From Euglena gracilis (taxonomy: Eukaryota), in contig CP154954.1 of NCBI GenBank assembly GCA_039621445.1, forward strand, positions 43,813,847 to 43,877,846: DNA of 64,000 nucleotides, in the 5' to 3' direction. Positions 24,601-35,806 of this stretch are shown piece after piece; positions within the stretch are counted from its first letter, which is position 1; every line of letters starts with the position of its first letter. The position numbers and the translations under genes are program-made. The notes under the pieces are model-generated. The model had not been told where the DNA came from. It was given only the letters and a program-made list of their open reading frames with translations, and searched no databases.

Positions 24601-27600
24601 GGTTTGCAGGTGTGGGTGTTTTTATTCCAAGAGGATTGTTTGGGTACAAACAACAGTTGTACCCACGACACCAGCAGAATATCACATGAGAAACGAATCA
24701 ACGGCCACCAAAAATAATTACATGCATATCATATGTGTAGATGGCAGCAACTTACCACTGGGCCCCCTGGAGGGTGGCGGTGGTCAAATGAGGGGGGAGT
24801 TGGGTACCCGTGTATGAGAAGTGGGCCCGGACCCCCAGTTTGCCTGCGTTTTTGTGCTGCCCCTGGGAGATGTCCCGGACAAACAGTACCGAGTCCTACT
24901 CCACATCGGATGGGGGTTAGGGTTAGGGTTGGGGAACAGGGTCAAGCTGTGGTAGAATGCTCCCGCATATATACTTCTACATATAGCATGCATAATCCTT
25001 CAATCCCATGATCCATTAATCCAAGCATGATCCGACAATCCTTTAATATATAACTGCATATATCCTTTATAAATGAATTCACCAATCGTTCGTTTTTTAT
25101 TTATTTATGTTTTCCCCCATATTTTTTCCCCCATGATTTTTGCACCGACTGCAACAGCCCCATGCCCATTGTTGCTGTGATGTGGCCCGGAGCCCCCCCC
25201 CCCCCCCCGACCCCCTCTGGGCAGGGCGGCGCCCGCAAAGTCCGCGGTGCGGGGAGGGGCTTGACGCCGCCGCCCCCATCCTCCGTGCCCTGCAGGGGGA
25301 GTCGGGCGTCACGCTGGGAGACGACTACCGCCCCGTCCCGGTCATCTCGGCGTACACGTACCTCCCGGCCCTCCAGGCGGCGCTGGAGCTGAAGGTCACC
25401 CACGGGGCTGCGCGTTGGCTCTGCAACAGGTGGGAAGCACTCCGCAGCCTCCAGCACTGTGACAATGCACACTACACGAGGTCTAAAGCACACCCCCAGG
25501 GTTGACGTTTTCTTTAAAAAAACACAAAAAAAACACGTTTTCTAAAATCAACTAATTTCCCCCCCTTTTTTTTAAAACTGCAAAATGCACATTTTTGGTT
25601 CAAAAACACCTTAGGCGGTCGACTTCGCACTTAAGCTGTTCAGAGGTTCTTTGCGCAATCGCGCCAGTTCAGAAAATAATTTTTGTGCTCCATCCTTCGC
25701 TAGCAAAACGAGATTCATCCCCTTTTTGTGTTTTCGACTGCCTCTGGGAGATGCCCAGCCCCAACCCCCCCCCCTTTCTTTGGCTAGTGGCACGTTTTTG
25801 ACGATCGACAGAGACGATGTCTAGCAACCTGAGAATGGGGGAAAACACAAAAAAACACTTTTTCCCCTTGGTGCTGGCACAAAAGCCTTGTGGAAAAAAG
25901 GCCCCCTTTTCGTTTAAACCGGCGAAAACCCCGTGAAAGAGATTTCTGAAAAAGCTTCTTTCCCCCCATTTCCTCCCAATAGTAGAGCGGGGCCGCTGTA
26001 AGCGCAGGGTCCAAATAAGGCGCTCCCCCCGCGACGGTCCGCTACAAGTCTCAAGTCCGCTACAAGCCCCCCATTTTGATGGAATTTCTAAAGGAAATCA
26101 ACAAAAATCACGCGGCTAGGGTCCAAATGAAAACGTAACCCCCCGCTGTAAGTGCGCCAGTGCTTGTGCTAGGGGGGGGGTCGACTTTGGGATCAGGGGA
26201 TGTGGACCAGTGAAGAAAAGCCACGGAGCACCAGTTTGGGAAGGTTGAGAGGTCCGGAATGTGGGGAGAGAGTTATTGATGTTTTCAGGGTGTCGGCAGG
26301 CGTGAGTGGTGAGGGCACCGGTTACAGCCCACAACCGGCCAGCGGGGAAGGGCTCTGGGAGCCAGGGTTGGAAGATGTGCAAAAGGACGTTTTCCCTGGT
26401 TTTAGAGGATGGAAGTTGGCGCCGCGTCTTTATTGTGAAGTGGAAGGGGACATTGCCACTGAATGGGATGTTGAAACAATGGAAGCTCTTGCACAACTGC
26501 GTAAAAGAGTTGGTGTGCCGAGTTGTTTGTTTCAGACTGAGTCATGCACCCCCTGATTTTCATGGGGAAATGAAGCTGCTCGGAAAGGCCGACAGGATCC
26601 ACTGCTACAGATGCCTTGGGGACAGGCGTGGCAAAACACAGTAGGAGATAAATTCTGTCAATCTGTCGACAGTATCAGAAGCCCTTGTTTTCACCGATAT
26701 GTAGAGTCCGTAGAGTAAAGACCTTTTTTTTTCAGCACCCCGTGGGAATGGGAAGTGAAGAATTGTGTTTATTTTTGAAACTCAGTTGCGCAATTGCGCG
26801 TTTGAAATTTACACGCCTTTGCGCAATTACGCAATCAGCTTTTTGGTTTTTGTTTGCGCGGTTGTGCAACGAAAGGGCGACAGAACTCTGGACATCCCGA
26901 ACCCGTCATTTTTGTCCCAAACGGCAGCCATTCTGGCAGCAATTGTTGCCAGGCAGATACTCTTCGGAGCTTGTGAACTTGTCGATCAGCTCCCAGGTTC
27001 TTATCTGTGAAATTTGACTGCGTCTGAATGCGGCTCTCCCAAAAGGGCGAAAGGGGGAAAAGATACGGAGGAAAAAATGATGGGAAAAAGAACGATGGGA
27101 ATAATTGGGTGCACCCAATCATTTCTGTTTCCCATCATTTTGCCTGGACCGTAAAATTAGGATTTCCAACATCAGATTAGGATTTTGGCTCCAAAAATTA
27201 GGAATATCTGGTGGTTTTCCAAAGAAACCTTTTAAGTCCACTTCACCCGAAATGGATTTGGCCAAGTCCACTTTACCCCAAAATGGACTTGGCCAAGTCC
27301 ACCTTACCCCAAATGGACTTGGCCAACTCCATTTTACCCCAAAAGGACATTGCCAAGTCCACTTTACCTCAAATGGACTTGGCCAAATCCACTTTACCGC
27401 AAATGGACTTGGCCAAGTCCACTTTTCCCCAAACGGACAAAAGATTTTCTTAGAACCCTAGATGACAAATTAAAACAACAACAACAATAGTTATTTTTTG
27501 AAAAATAACCGTTTTTTTAGTAAAAAAAACTATCAACTTTGGCAAAAGGCCAAGCCATTTGCAAAAGAAATGCTGACAAACTGGACCAGACAGATGGCTG

Positions 27601-28871
27601 ATTGTTGGTCATCATTCTCAATTTTTTTTTCAAGAAAATCGCCCAGTCAAATTGAAGGCACAGTGACCTTGCAAGAGGAAGCGAAGCACTGCTTGGTCAC
27701 TTGGCGTGAGCGATCGCAAGCAACCCCTGTACTCGTGGTCACGCTGCCCAAAGAAATGCTCCAACAGGGTGCCTTTCTGTTTGCTCTCCAAACCAGGACG
27801 TCCTCGGCGATCCCCGCCGCCCTGTGTGGGGGATGCCTCCGAGGCCGAACAGCCCTCCATCACCGTGGCCAGCCGCCCAGGCTGGGGTGCCCCCCCAGTT
27901 GCACTGAGGCTTCTTGTCCGTTTATGACTTAACTTCGCTTCTGGCCCAGTTTGTGTGGTGTGTCTGGGGTGCCCCCCCCCCTCCAGCAGGACGGCTGTGG
28001 TGGGTGGGGCGGGGGGGGGGCACCTCGTGAGACAGGGCTGGGCCGGGCCCCCCCCCCCCCCCCGCCGCCCACCCCGGCGCTGCGGGCCGCCTGGCGCTGC
28101 TCTGCGTGGAGGCGGCGGCGTGCTGCCTGGTCGCCCTCGCCTTCATCATCAAGGCCATTGTGGCGTGGATCGAGAAGGTGTGGGCGGAGGGCCAGCGCAC
28201 GGTGCGGGACCAGCGCCGAGGCCGGCCCCCGCCCTGCCCTGCCCTGGGCCAGTGGACACCGCCGGGCGGGGGACTGGGTGGGGAAAGGGCAGCCCCTGTC
28301 TCGGCATCATTTTCCCCTTTGGGGGGCCCTTTGGGGGCGTTGGGGCCGCTGTTTCCGCCGCCCGTGTCCCCCGGGGCGGCAGGGGCGTTGTGGGGGGCGG
28401 CCTCCCGCCGGCAGCAGCTGCTGACCTTCCTGGACCGGATGTACCCGGCGTCCGTTGGCCAGCCCGCCGGTCACAAGCCAGCCCTCCTCAGCCGCAAAAT
28501 CCACCCCTACCCCTTTCCCCAGGCCAATGATCAAACCTGTGTTTGCAGGAAGAGGATGATCAACGGATGAAGTATGCCAAAAATGTCCTACAGCAAACGG
28601 GCAGCACCGCACCGCATAACAGCGTCGCCCACACTGCCCCGTGGCCGGCCGCCTGCCGTTGCCCGGGACCTCATCCTGACGCGGCCGCGGTGCGGCGGTA
28701 TGATCAGCTTCATGGTGGCGGTGCCCCACGCCTCCGTCGTGTTCGCGGACATCCACGGCTTCACCAGCACCTGCCACCGACTCACCGCGCAGCAGCTGAT
28801 GGCCGGGGTTGCCCCAGTTTCAATGCGCTTTTCGTTCTCTAGCCTCCGTCTGGCCCAAAGCCTTCCTGATG

Positions 28872-28902
<31 letters not shown>

Positions 28903-31900
28903 TCCAAGAATGGTTCATTGTGCGGGTGTGTGTGCACTTGTCCTTCATCTATGTGCATACAGGTTGACCAAAGATCCTCAAACAAAAATTTTGGTAAGGA
29001 CACAAATTTTGCTGCGCTTTTTTTTTAACTGCAATTTCCAACCAGTTTCCCAACCAGGCTTCCGTTCAAGGGCTCCCAGCACCTGCCCGTGGGTTGGGCC
29101 AGACCCTGAGGCAGACCTTCCTCGGGTACACCTTCAGCGTGATGGACGTCGTGGCCAGCCGGGCTGGGATGTGCCGCGTGAAGCTGGTCGGGGACTGCTA
29201 CATGGCGGTGGCCGGGCTGCCGGGCAGCGCTGACACGCCGTGCCGCAGTGCCATCTTCTTCGCTGCGTGGTGTGCCCAGGTCTTCAGCGACCGGCCTGCC
29301 CGCTGTACATGAACCCGAGCTGAGTCGTGTGGGGAATCTCACTGTCTTGACGCCAAACCCCACTGGTGTTTGTTTTCACCCGGCCCCTCCCCATGCCTGA
29401 CAGGAATGGTGGCATGGTTGGTGTGATTGATCCCCGGGCCACGCATAATCCCTCTTTGATTTGACAAATGAATGATTGGAAACGAAGGAACCTTCAGAAC
29501 CAAGGTTGACTTCCCCCCAAAAATATGCAAAAGGGTTTGTTAATTTACAGTTGGGACTCAAAAATATATTATGAACTGCCCCCCCCCCCCCCCCCCCCCC
29601 CCGTCGTGCCCAGGCTGTTTTTTAAGGTGATGCCGACCCCACCCCGGGGGGGGGGGTGCCCGCCTGGGCAGGCACTCCTGAGCCGACCCCCCCCCCCGTG
29701 GGGGGTAGCGCACACGGCCAAAAGTGCCCTAGCACAGACCCCAGCGCCGAAGGTGCCGGGGAGCCAAAAATGGCCTATTTTCAAAAGGATGTGCCTGGGC
29801 ACATGCCGAAATCAGACCCCATTAGTTGCACTAAGGCTTCTTGTCTGTTTATGGCCGGCGCCAACTCCGCTTCTGGCCCAGTTTGCTGCATAGTGGAGAA
29901 AGTAGTCAGACAGTCATGGTCCTCACCGAAGTTTCCTGGGAGGGGCAAAGAAAGGGAACATGACAGCTTGACATCGACCACCCCAGCACACCTGTTTGCC
30001 AGGAGGAGGTTCAAAGTATCATGCAAGCGTCATTCTTCCCAGCACAGGTATTTGCCTTTTGTGGTGTGTTCATTTCATTTTTTTGGTCATCAGTTTGGCT
30101 GTCTCAAAGCGTGGTGAGGGAGGTCAACTGTCCACTTGCAATGGTCCACCTGCTGGGTCGTCAGAAGGCAATGTGCAACAGCAGCCTTAGCGAGCCTTTT
30201 TGCTTTGTTTTGTCTCTTCCCTGTTCCGGGGAGTGGGCATGGAAGGCCACTGCGGCACAGGGGGCAGCGGGCGCTACACCCACCCGCTGCAGAACCAGGC
30301 CACCATGGACGGATTGGCCTCCTTGGCTTGCAACAAGGGGCCCTGGCCGGACCCGTGGCGCACCGATTCCACCACCACCACCAGTGAGATCGGGGCCGGG
30401 CTCTATGGCTTCGCGCGTGTGTGTACGTGTGTGCGTGCGTGTGTCCATTTGTGCATTTGTGCAGTGCGCTGCGCTGCGGTGCGGTGCGTGTTTGCGCGCG
30501 TGTGTGTGTTTGTGTGCGTGTGTGTGTGTTTGTATGGGTGTGTGTGTGTGTGTGTGTGTGTGGGTGTGTGTGTGTGTGTGTGTGCGTGTGTGTGTATGTG
30601 TGTGCATGTGTGCGTGTGTGTTCCATGTGTGCCCCAAGTGATCGGCGTGTTTGCCATTAAGAAAGGCTTGCACCGCTGCCTTGATGCCTGCCTCCGCCCT
30701 CAGTGGCGCTGGGCGAAGTGAAGTGCCGTCCCTGGTGGAACCCGCAGGCCATGACGCTGGCCGGCCACGGCACGCCGTGCGTCCTGCGGTACGGCATCGC
30801 CACAGGCCGCGTCACGGCGGGCGTCCTCCCCGGCAACACCCCGCCCGCCCCGGCGCTGCTCCCCCCCCCCCCCCCTGCGACCCACCCCCCTGGTCGGAGG
30901 AGAGATTATCATTGGAGGGGACAGTCCTGTGTTTCTGCATTCTTGTGGACACTGCCGCTGCTGTTTTCGCCCCTGGGTGTTGCTAACCGTCAAAAGCCAA
31001 GAGCAGGCATCAACTCAAACCCGCCAATGCAGTCAGGTCTGCCCCGAAGATGTTCAGCGGGTAGTTTTGTTGCCCCAAAGTGGTTGATTTTTGCTTTCCA
31101 CACACTGTGGCACTGATTTGCCGCTGTTGTGTGATGCCGGGGGTTCCGCCTGCCTGACCTCTTCCACCCCCCCCCCCCATGCCTCGTCCCTCCGGCCACG
31201 CGGGGGCCGCCGGGATCCTGGACGTGTGGGGCAAGGTGGTCACCTTTGCCAACCAGATGGAGCGCCTCAGCCAGCCGGGGCGGGTCCTCCTCTGCTCCCA
31301 GACGTACAAGTCTGTCACGCCCAGGGCGGCGGGCAGCCTGCCCGCCCTGCAATGACGTACTCCCGGAGGGGGCGGCGACCTCTGGAAGGGGGGACAGGTG
31401 TCCTTGCCACCAGGGAAAGGTCAGACAGAGAGACAGACACATACACACAGACAGACAGACAGACAGACGGACTTGCATGCATTGATGCATGCGTGCATAT
31501 ATGTATGTATGCATGCATGATGCACGCATCATTCATGCATACCAGGGCGTTGCTTACCTCCCCCCCTTGTCCAATGACTGGCCTTGTCCCCCGGTCAGTA
31601 GCGATCTTTTTCCAAATGATCTTTTTTTTCAGACGTTCGCGTTCTTTTTCTTACAACTTTCATGGCGGATTTTGTACCGAGTTAGCCAGCGGGAACCTAT
31701 ACGGGAACCTATGTGTTGGTGCCTTGTTGACTGCCGTACGTTTCTCCCTTTTTTTCATCATGAATCTGAGAGTTGTGGCCATGTCAGGCAAAGGAAACTT
31801 TTTTCTTCACCTTGGGGCAAAGCAGGAGGAAAAAAATTTGACCCGGTCTTGTCTAACGGCCACCCCCCAGTCAGTCGTGAAAATAGCGACCCCCCCCCCC

Positions 31901-34900
31901 CCCGGTCAGTAGCCATGTTCAGCGGTCGTTGGACAAGGGGGGGGTAAGAAAATTTGATCCCCCCAGGGGGGACCCTGCCAGCCAAGCCTTTTTCCAGCTG
32001 GCAGCCTTTTTCCAGCCCCGGACCCCCATCAACGAGATTGATTTATTTCCGGCCGCCCGAAGGGTGGCTAGACAGCAACGGATTTTTCACTTCCAGGAGG
32101 TACAGAAATGGGCCAAAAATGGGCCAAAAATGGCTTAGAAAAGGGTTGGCAAGGGCAAGGACATCGTTTTTTTTTTGCATAATTGGCAGTTTTTTGGACA
32201 TTTTTATGACTTCATTTTTTTGCACCCGGTTCGACCCCAAGTCCAGCCCAGCTCCAGCCTGGGACACCTATGGGGCGGGGAGGGAGGGGGTCAGCCAGCA
32301 GCCTTTTTCCAGCCAGCTCATGTTTTCCAGCCCCTGAGCTGGACCCCCCCGGGAGTCCTAAGCAACTCCCTGATGCATACATACAGACATGCATTCATAC
32401 ATACAGACAGAGAGACGGACAGACAGACAGACAGACAGACATACGGACGGACGGACGGACGGACAGATGGACATACACAGGGATAAAAGTGAATTTATTC
32501 ACCTTCTTTATTCTCCTCTGAGTTGCATGTCAAACAAAACAAACACATGAAAGCTTTGCTTTTGCTGTTTGATTTTTTTCTTCTGCTTTTTTAAAAAGGA
32601 GGAACCAATTGTTTTTTTTTTTGCCCCGGTTCGGCCCTGTGGGGTCCTGGAACGGCGCCGGATCTGGGCAAACTCGGTCGACCGGGGGAGATTCGGCACT
32701 TAATTAGAAGGATAGGGTTAGGGTTGGGATTGGCGTGTCGAAAATTGGCACTTTTGTGGGTTCCATTTTGGGAAGATCCTGAATCGCCCGTTTTTCCCAA
32801 AAATGCCCAAAATCCACCCAAATTCCCCCAAAATTCGCCCGCTGTGCAGCCGAACTCCTCCCTGAATTCCGAAACGAGGGAGGCCTCCGGGAATCCGGTC
32901 GCGACCCTAACCCCATCCCTAAAAATAGCCCGACTTTCGCCTGAGGGTCGGACGCGGGGGATGCTACATGGACCACTCCCCTGGAGCTACTATTTGGCCC
33001 GCGGGCCACGTAGTAGCTTGCTGCGATTTCTTCCATCAAATATTTGCAGCTGTCTTCATTTTTGGCTGCCGAGAGCTTTCGCCCCTCCTCGTCCCCATGG
33101 GGGTGGGGCCCCGCTCTCGGCTTCCAAAAAGTCCATGCGGCCGAGCGAGAGGCCGTGCCCGGCCTCCTCGAAGCCCGGACCACATCCCGGGCCGCAACCT
33201 TGATTCCTCCTGGGGACCCCCTCCCCCGGCCCTCCCCGGGGTGGGGCCCTCCGCCCTGGCCCCGGCGGACGACGTCGCCAGCCACGCCTTCACGTTTGAG
33301 GACGGCCCGCCGCTGCCGGCCCGCCCCGCGCCCAGCGCCGCCGCCACCAGCCACTTCGTCCGCTCCGCCCGCAGCCTCCCGCCCAGCCTCGTGCCTGGGG
33401 GGGCCCCGGCCGACGTCCCCGACACGGGGGGGGGGGGGCGGGGGGAGGGGGCAGCTGTTGATTGCAAAGGCAGTGGTGGAGCGCAGAGCTTGCGTTGCAT
33501 GTCTGCCTGAACACTCACCTGCACCACAGGCACAGTTTTCCTTCCGAGCTCTATAGCCCTGATGTTGTTGCCAGAAACGCGAGATAAAAATTCAAACTCA
33601 ACCATCCAAAAGGAGGGGTCAAATCCTTTTCTGGAGTGCAAGGGAACTCACTTCGCCAGGAACACTGTTAGAGTGAAAATCAGATCATTTATTTCAAATC
33701 AGATCTAAAATCAGATCCAGAAATGAAAAATTCCTGGAATTATTATGAATTTTACCTGATGATTATGGTTTTTACCTGGTGAGACTTATTTGAGCTGAGA
33801 ATCTATGGATTTTGCATGAACTATTTGTTTTTGGGGGCTCATGCCAGCTTCCATCTCTTATTGGCCACACTAATCACGAACTGTGCAGAGAGTTAATTTC
33901 ATTCTTTGTATCAAGCAATTTCACTGAAATCAAACACCCGTGGATGGGTCGCGGTCGGGCTGTACAGGAATCCCCGAAACCCAATGGGTGGTGGGTGGAG
34001 GGGGTCCAACCCCCCCCCCCCCCCACCACCCCTTCCCGTATTTCTGGTGGGATTATTTGGCCAAAGTTTTCTTTGCGCGACTGCCATGGCAACCCCCTCA
34101 CCAGGCCTTCCCGTACAGCCCTGGGGTGGATGGATATGAAAATAATGTGTGTGTGTGTGTGTGTGTGTATGCCTGTGTGTGCACATGTGTGCGTGTGTGC
34201 ATGTGTGGGTAGGTGGATGTGTAGGTGGGTGGGTGGGTTGGTGTTGAGATGTGGGGGTGCTGGCAGGATGGCAGTGATCTTTGCCCCCCCATGCCGCGTC
34301 GCCGGGCGCCGCGCCGGTGGAAGCGGATCGTTGGTTTGGCTGTGGGACAAACCCCGGTTAGCCCCCCCCCCCCCCCCCGCTTCTGTGAGGGCCGCCCCAC
34401 CGACGGCGGAGCTGGGGCTCTCCCCCGTCGCATACGACGCTGCCGGTCCTCCGCCCCCGGACCCCACAGCCTCTGCAGACCCCAGCTCCCCAGCCAGGCA
34501 GGGACTGGTGTGCGGGCTGCCCCCCTCCCATGGAGCGCACTGCTGCGCGCTGTTTAGGCCAGAGTTCCGAGGTTCAGGGCAAGAACCAGGGAGGCCCAGG
34601 AATGTGTCGAACGGGGGCCTTTTTTTTGCATCGATTCCCAACTGCTCAACCTTTCATTGCGTTTTCGACAACGTTCAAATGGATATTTTTCCCCTGCATG
34701 GGTCAAAGCTGCCGATGAAGGATCCTTTGAAGCTTTTCGGCAGGGGTCTCGCAGGGCAGGGTCGAAATAATTTGGGCTTTGCTCAAAATGAGGACATTGC
34801 ACACTCGGGGCGATTATGAGGCAGTTACACCATCGGCAGTGATACAGTGAGGCAGTTCTTGCGCAGGAGAGTGCGTGGCCGTTCCCATCAGCTGAAAGGT

Positions 34901-35123
34901 ATTTTGGAATTCATGATTCTGGAGGGGGCACAGCAGTGCTTCCTGCCTTGTCTGCCCGTGCTTGTTTTGCTTGCGTGCACAGTTCAGTGCACACACATAC
35001 CGTTCGGTGTGTTTTCTTTGTTTTTTTTTGGTTTTCCATCCACTGCAGCAGGGACCCCCACAGGTCCCTGACGCCGACGACGCACCGTTGGTCCTCCTCA
35101 CGGAGGCTTCCTCTGGTACTTGA
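15501..35123 (+). CDS. Multi-exon receptor-type class III adenylyl/guanylyl cyclase-like gene (TM, Cache-like repeats, TM, cyclase domain), about 25 exons
   Basis: N-terminal TM ([18 protein letters not shown]); Cache-like exons ([52 protein letters not shown]); second TM ~28084-28180; cyclase motifs [48 protein letters not shown]; several junctions join in frame by the nonconventional rule. Start and stop are tentative. Confidence 0.85.
17355..19700 (+). CDS. Cyclase gene extracellular exons (17355-17495, 17882-~18029, ~18394-18471, 19556-~19700)
   Basis: In-frame joins ATNE|NWLAALN (intron 17496-17881) and VQA|RFAEQQ (intron 18472-19555, 10-bp paired ends CAGGGGTGGG/CCCACCCCTG). Confidence 0.7.
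22450..23110 (-). pseudogene. Decayed DIRS/Ngaro-like tyrosine-recombinase fragment inside a cyclase intron
   Basis: Minus strand with stops and frameshifts: [13 protein letters not shown]...[10 protein letters not shown]...[13 protein letters not shown]...[26 protein letters not shown] resembles DIRS YR box I. Confidence 0.5.
24161..24604. mobile_element. MITE with AAATAAGACCCC subterminal repeats
   Basis: AACCCCCCCCAAATAAGACCC / GGGTCTTATTTTGGGGGGGGGTT ends; interrupts a repeat whose uninterrupted copy is at ~21320-21505. Confidence 0.75.
25266..25399 (+). CDS. Cyclase gene exon, Cache-like domain C-terminal motif
   Basis: [45 protein letters not shown] resembles the AL.G.SG...DYR..V..AY motif of dCache sensors. 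Confidence 0.75.
27235..27440. repeat. Minisatellite, ~30-bp unit x ~7
   Basis: Unit AAATGGACTTGGCCAAGTCCACTTTACCCC contains the 18-bp palindrome TGGACTTGGCCAAGTCCA. Confidence 0.9.
28694..28800 (+). CDS. Cyclase catalytic exon (first metal-binding Asp)
   Basis: [30 protein letters not shown]. Confidence 0.9.
29114..29292 (+). CDS. Cyclase catalytic exon (second Asp, ATP-specifying Lys)
   Basis: [36 protein letters not shown]...CAQVFSD; both junctions fit N3-CDG/CHG-N5|R in frame. Confidence 0.9.
30273..30387 (+). CDS. Cyclase exon (insertion within the catalytic domain)
   Basis: [15 protein letters not shown]...TTTTSE; in-frame consensus junctions on both sides. Confidence 0.7.
30702..30846 (+). 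CDS. Cyclase catalytic exon
   Basis: [15 protein letters not shown]...[23 protein letters not shown]; 3' boundary uncertain by a few nt. Confidence 0.85.
31215..31318 (+). CDS. Cyclase catalytic exon
   Basis: [34 protein letters not shown]. Confidence 0.9.
31543..32372. mobile_element. hAT-like non-autonomous element
   Basis: TIR CAGGGCGTTGCTTA / TAAGCAACTCCCTG; perfect 8-bp TSD ATGCATAC (31535-31542, 32373-32380). Confidence 0.85.
33264..33391 (+). CDS. Cyclase C-terminal exon
   Basis: [14 protein letters not shown]...[13 protein letters not shown]; joined in frame by intron 31319-33263 (CAGGGCGG/CCGCCCTG). Confidence 0.65.
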
Positions 35124-35806
35124 CCAGCGTGTCAAATAGCCACCCACCAGTCGGCCGGGCGTGTTTTCTGACACACACTGAGAGAGTCAGGGTGGAGAGC
35201 CTGGCCTTTCCCCTCAGGCCACAGTGTCTCTCAGGCTTGCTCACCCAGGAGCCCCAACCCACCATCATTTCCCGGCTGTGGCGTCCATCAGAGAGCGCCT
35301 GGAGCCCACCCTTCCCTCCTCCCCACGTTTCCACCGCCTGATCCCTTTCCTCCTCTGGGTCTGGATGGGCCGAGGGAAGCCCCCTTTGCCTCGCAACGCA
35401 TCCTGCATGACGTAGCACCTTCGAACCAGGTCTTCCCCACCTGCCAGCTTTTTGTTATTCCGGCGGGGTTTTTCCTGGCTTTCCATGTCTGGCTGATGGA
35501 GGGTGCTTGAAGACACGTTATCGGAGGTGACATTTCCTTTGAAGGCAGCAGCCCATATGCCAGTGTGCTGTGGTATTTTGAAGGCTCCAGCTCGCTCCAG
35601 GGAAACACCTTAATTGGTTCAGATTTACAGTTTATTTGGGAAAATTGAAACGCAGCTTTTAAAAAAAAGTGTTTAAGGGGTCAGGTGTTGGTTTTCACGT
35701 GATGGTGCGGCGTTGCTGGAGCGGGCAAATGCAGAGTGATGGAATGCGTCCTGGGGGGGGGGGGCGCAGCGCTCCTCCCGGGGCTCCTCCCGGAGCGGGG
35801 GGACGG

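Noticed and set aside
26200-26644. ORFs of 112-118 aa inside a cyclase intron
   Set aside because: No motif and codon usage unlike the exons; probably decayed repeat DNA
27235-27440. CRISPR-like array of palindromic ~30-bp repeats
   Set aside because: Units are contiguous with no unique spacers; no cas genes; eukaryotic context
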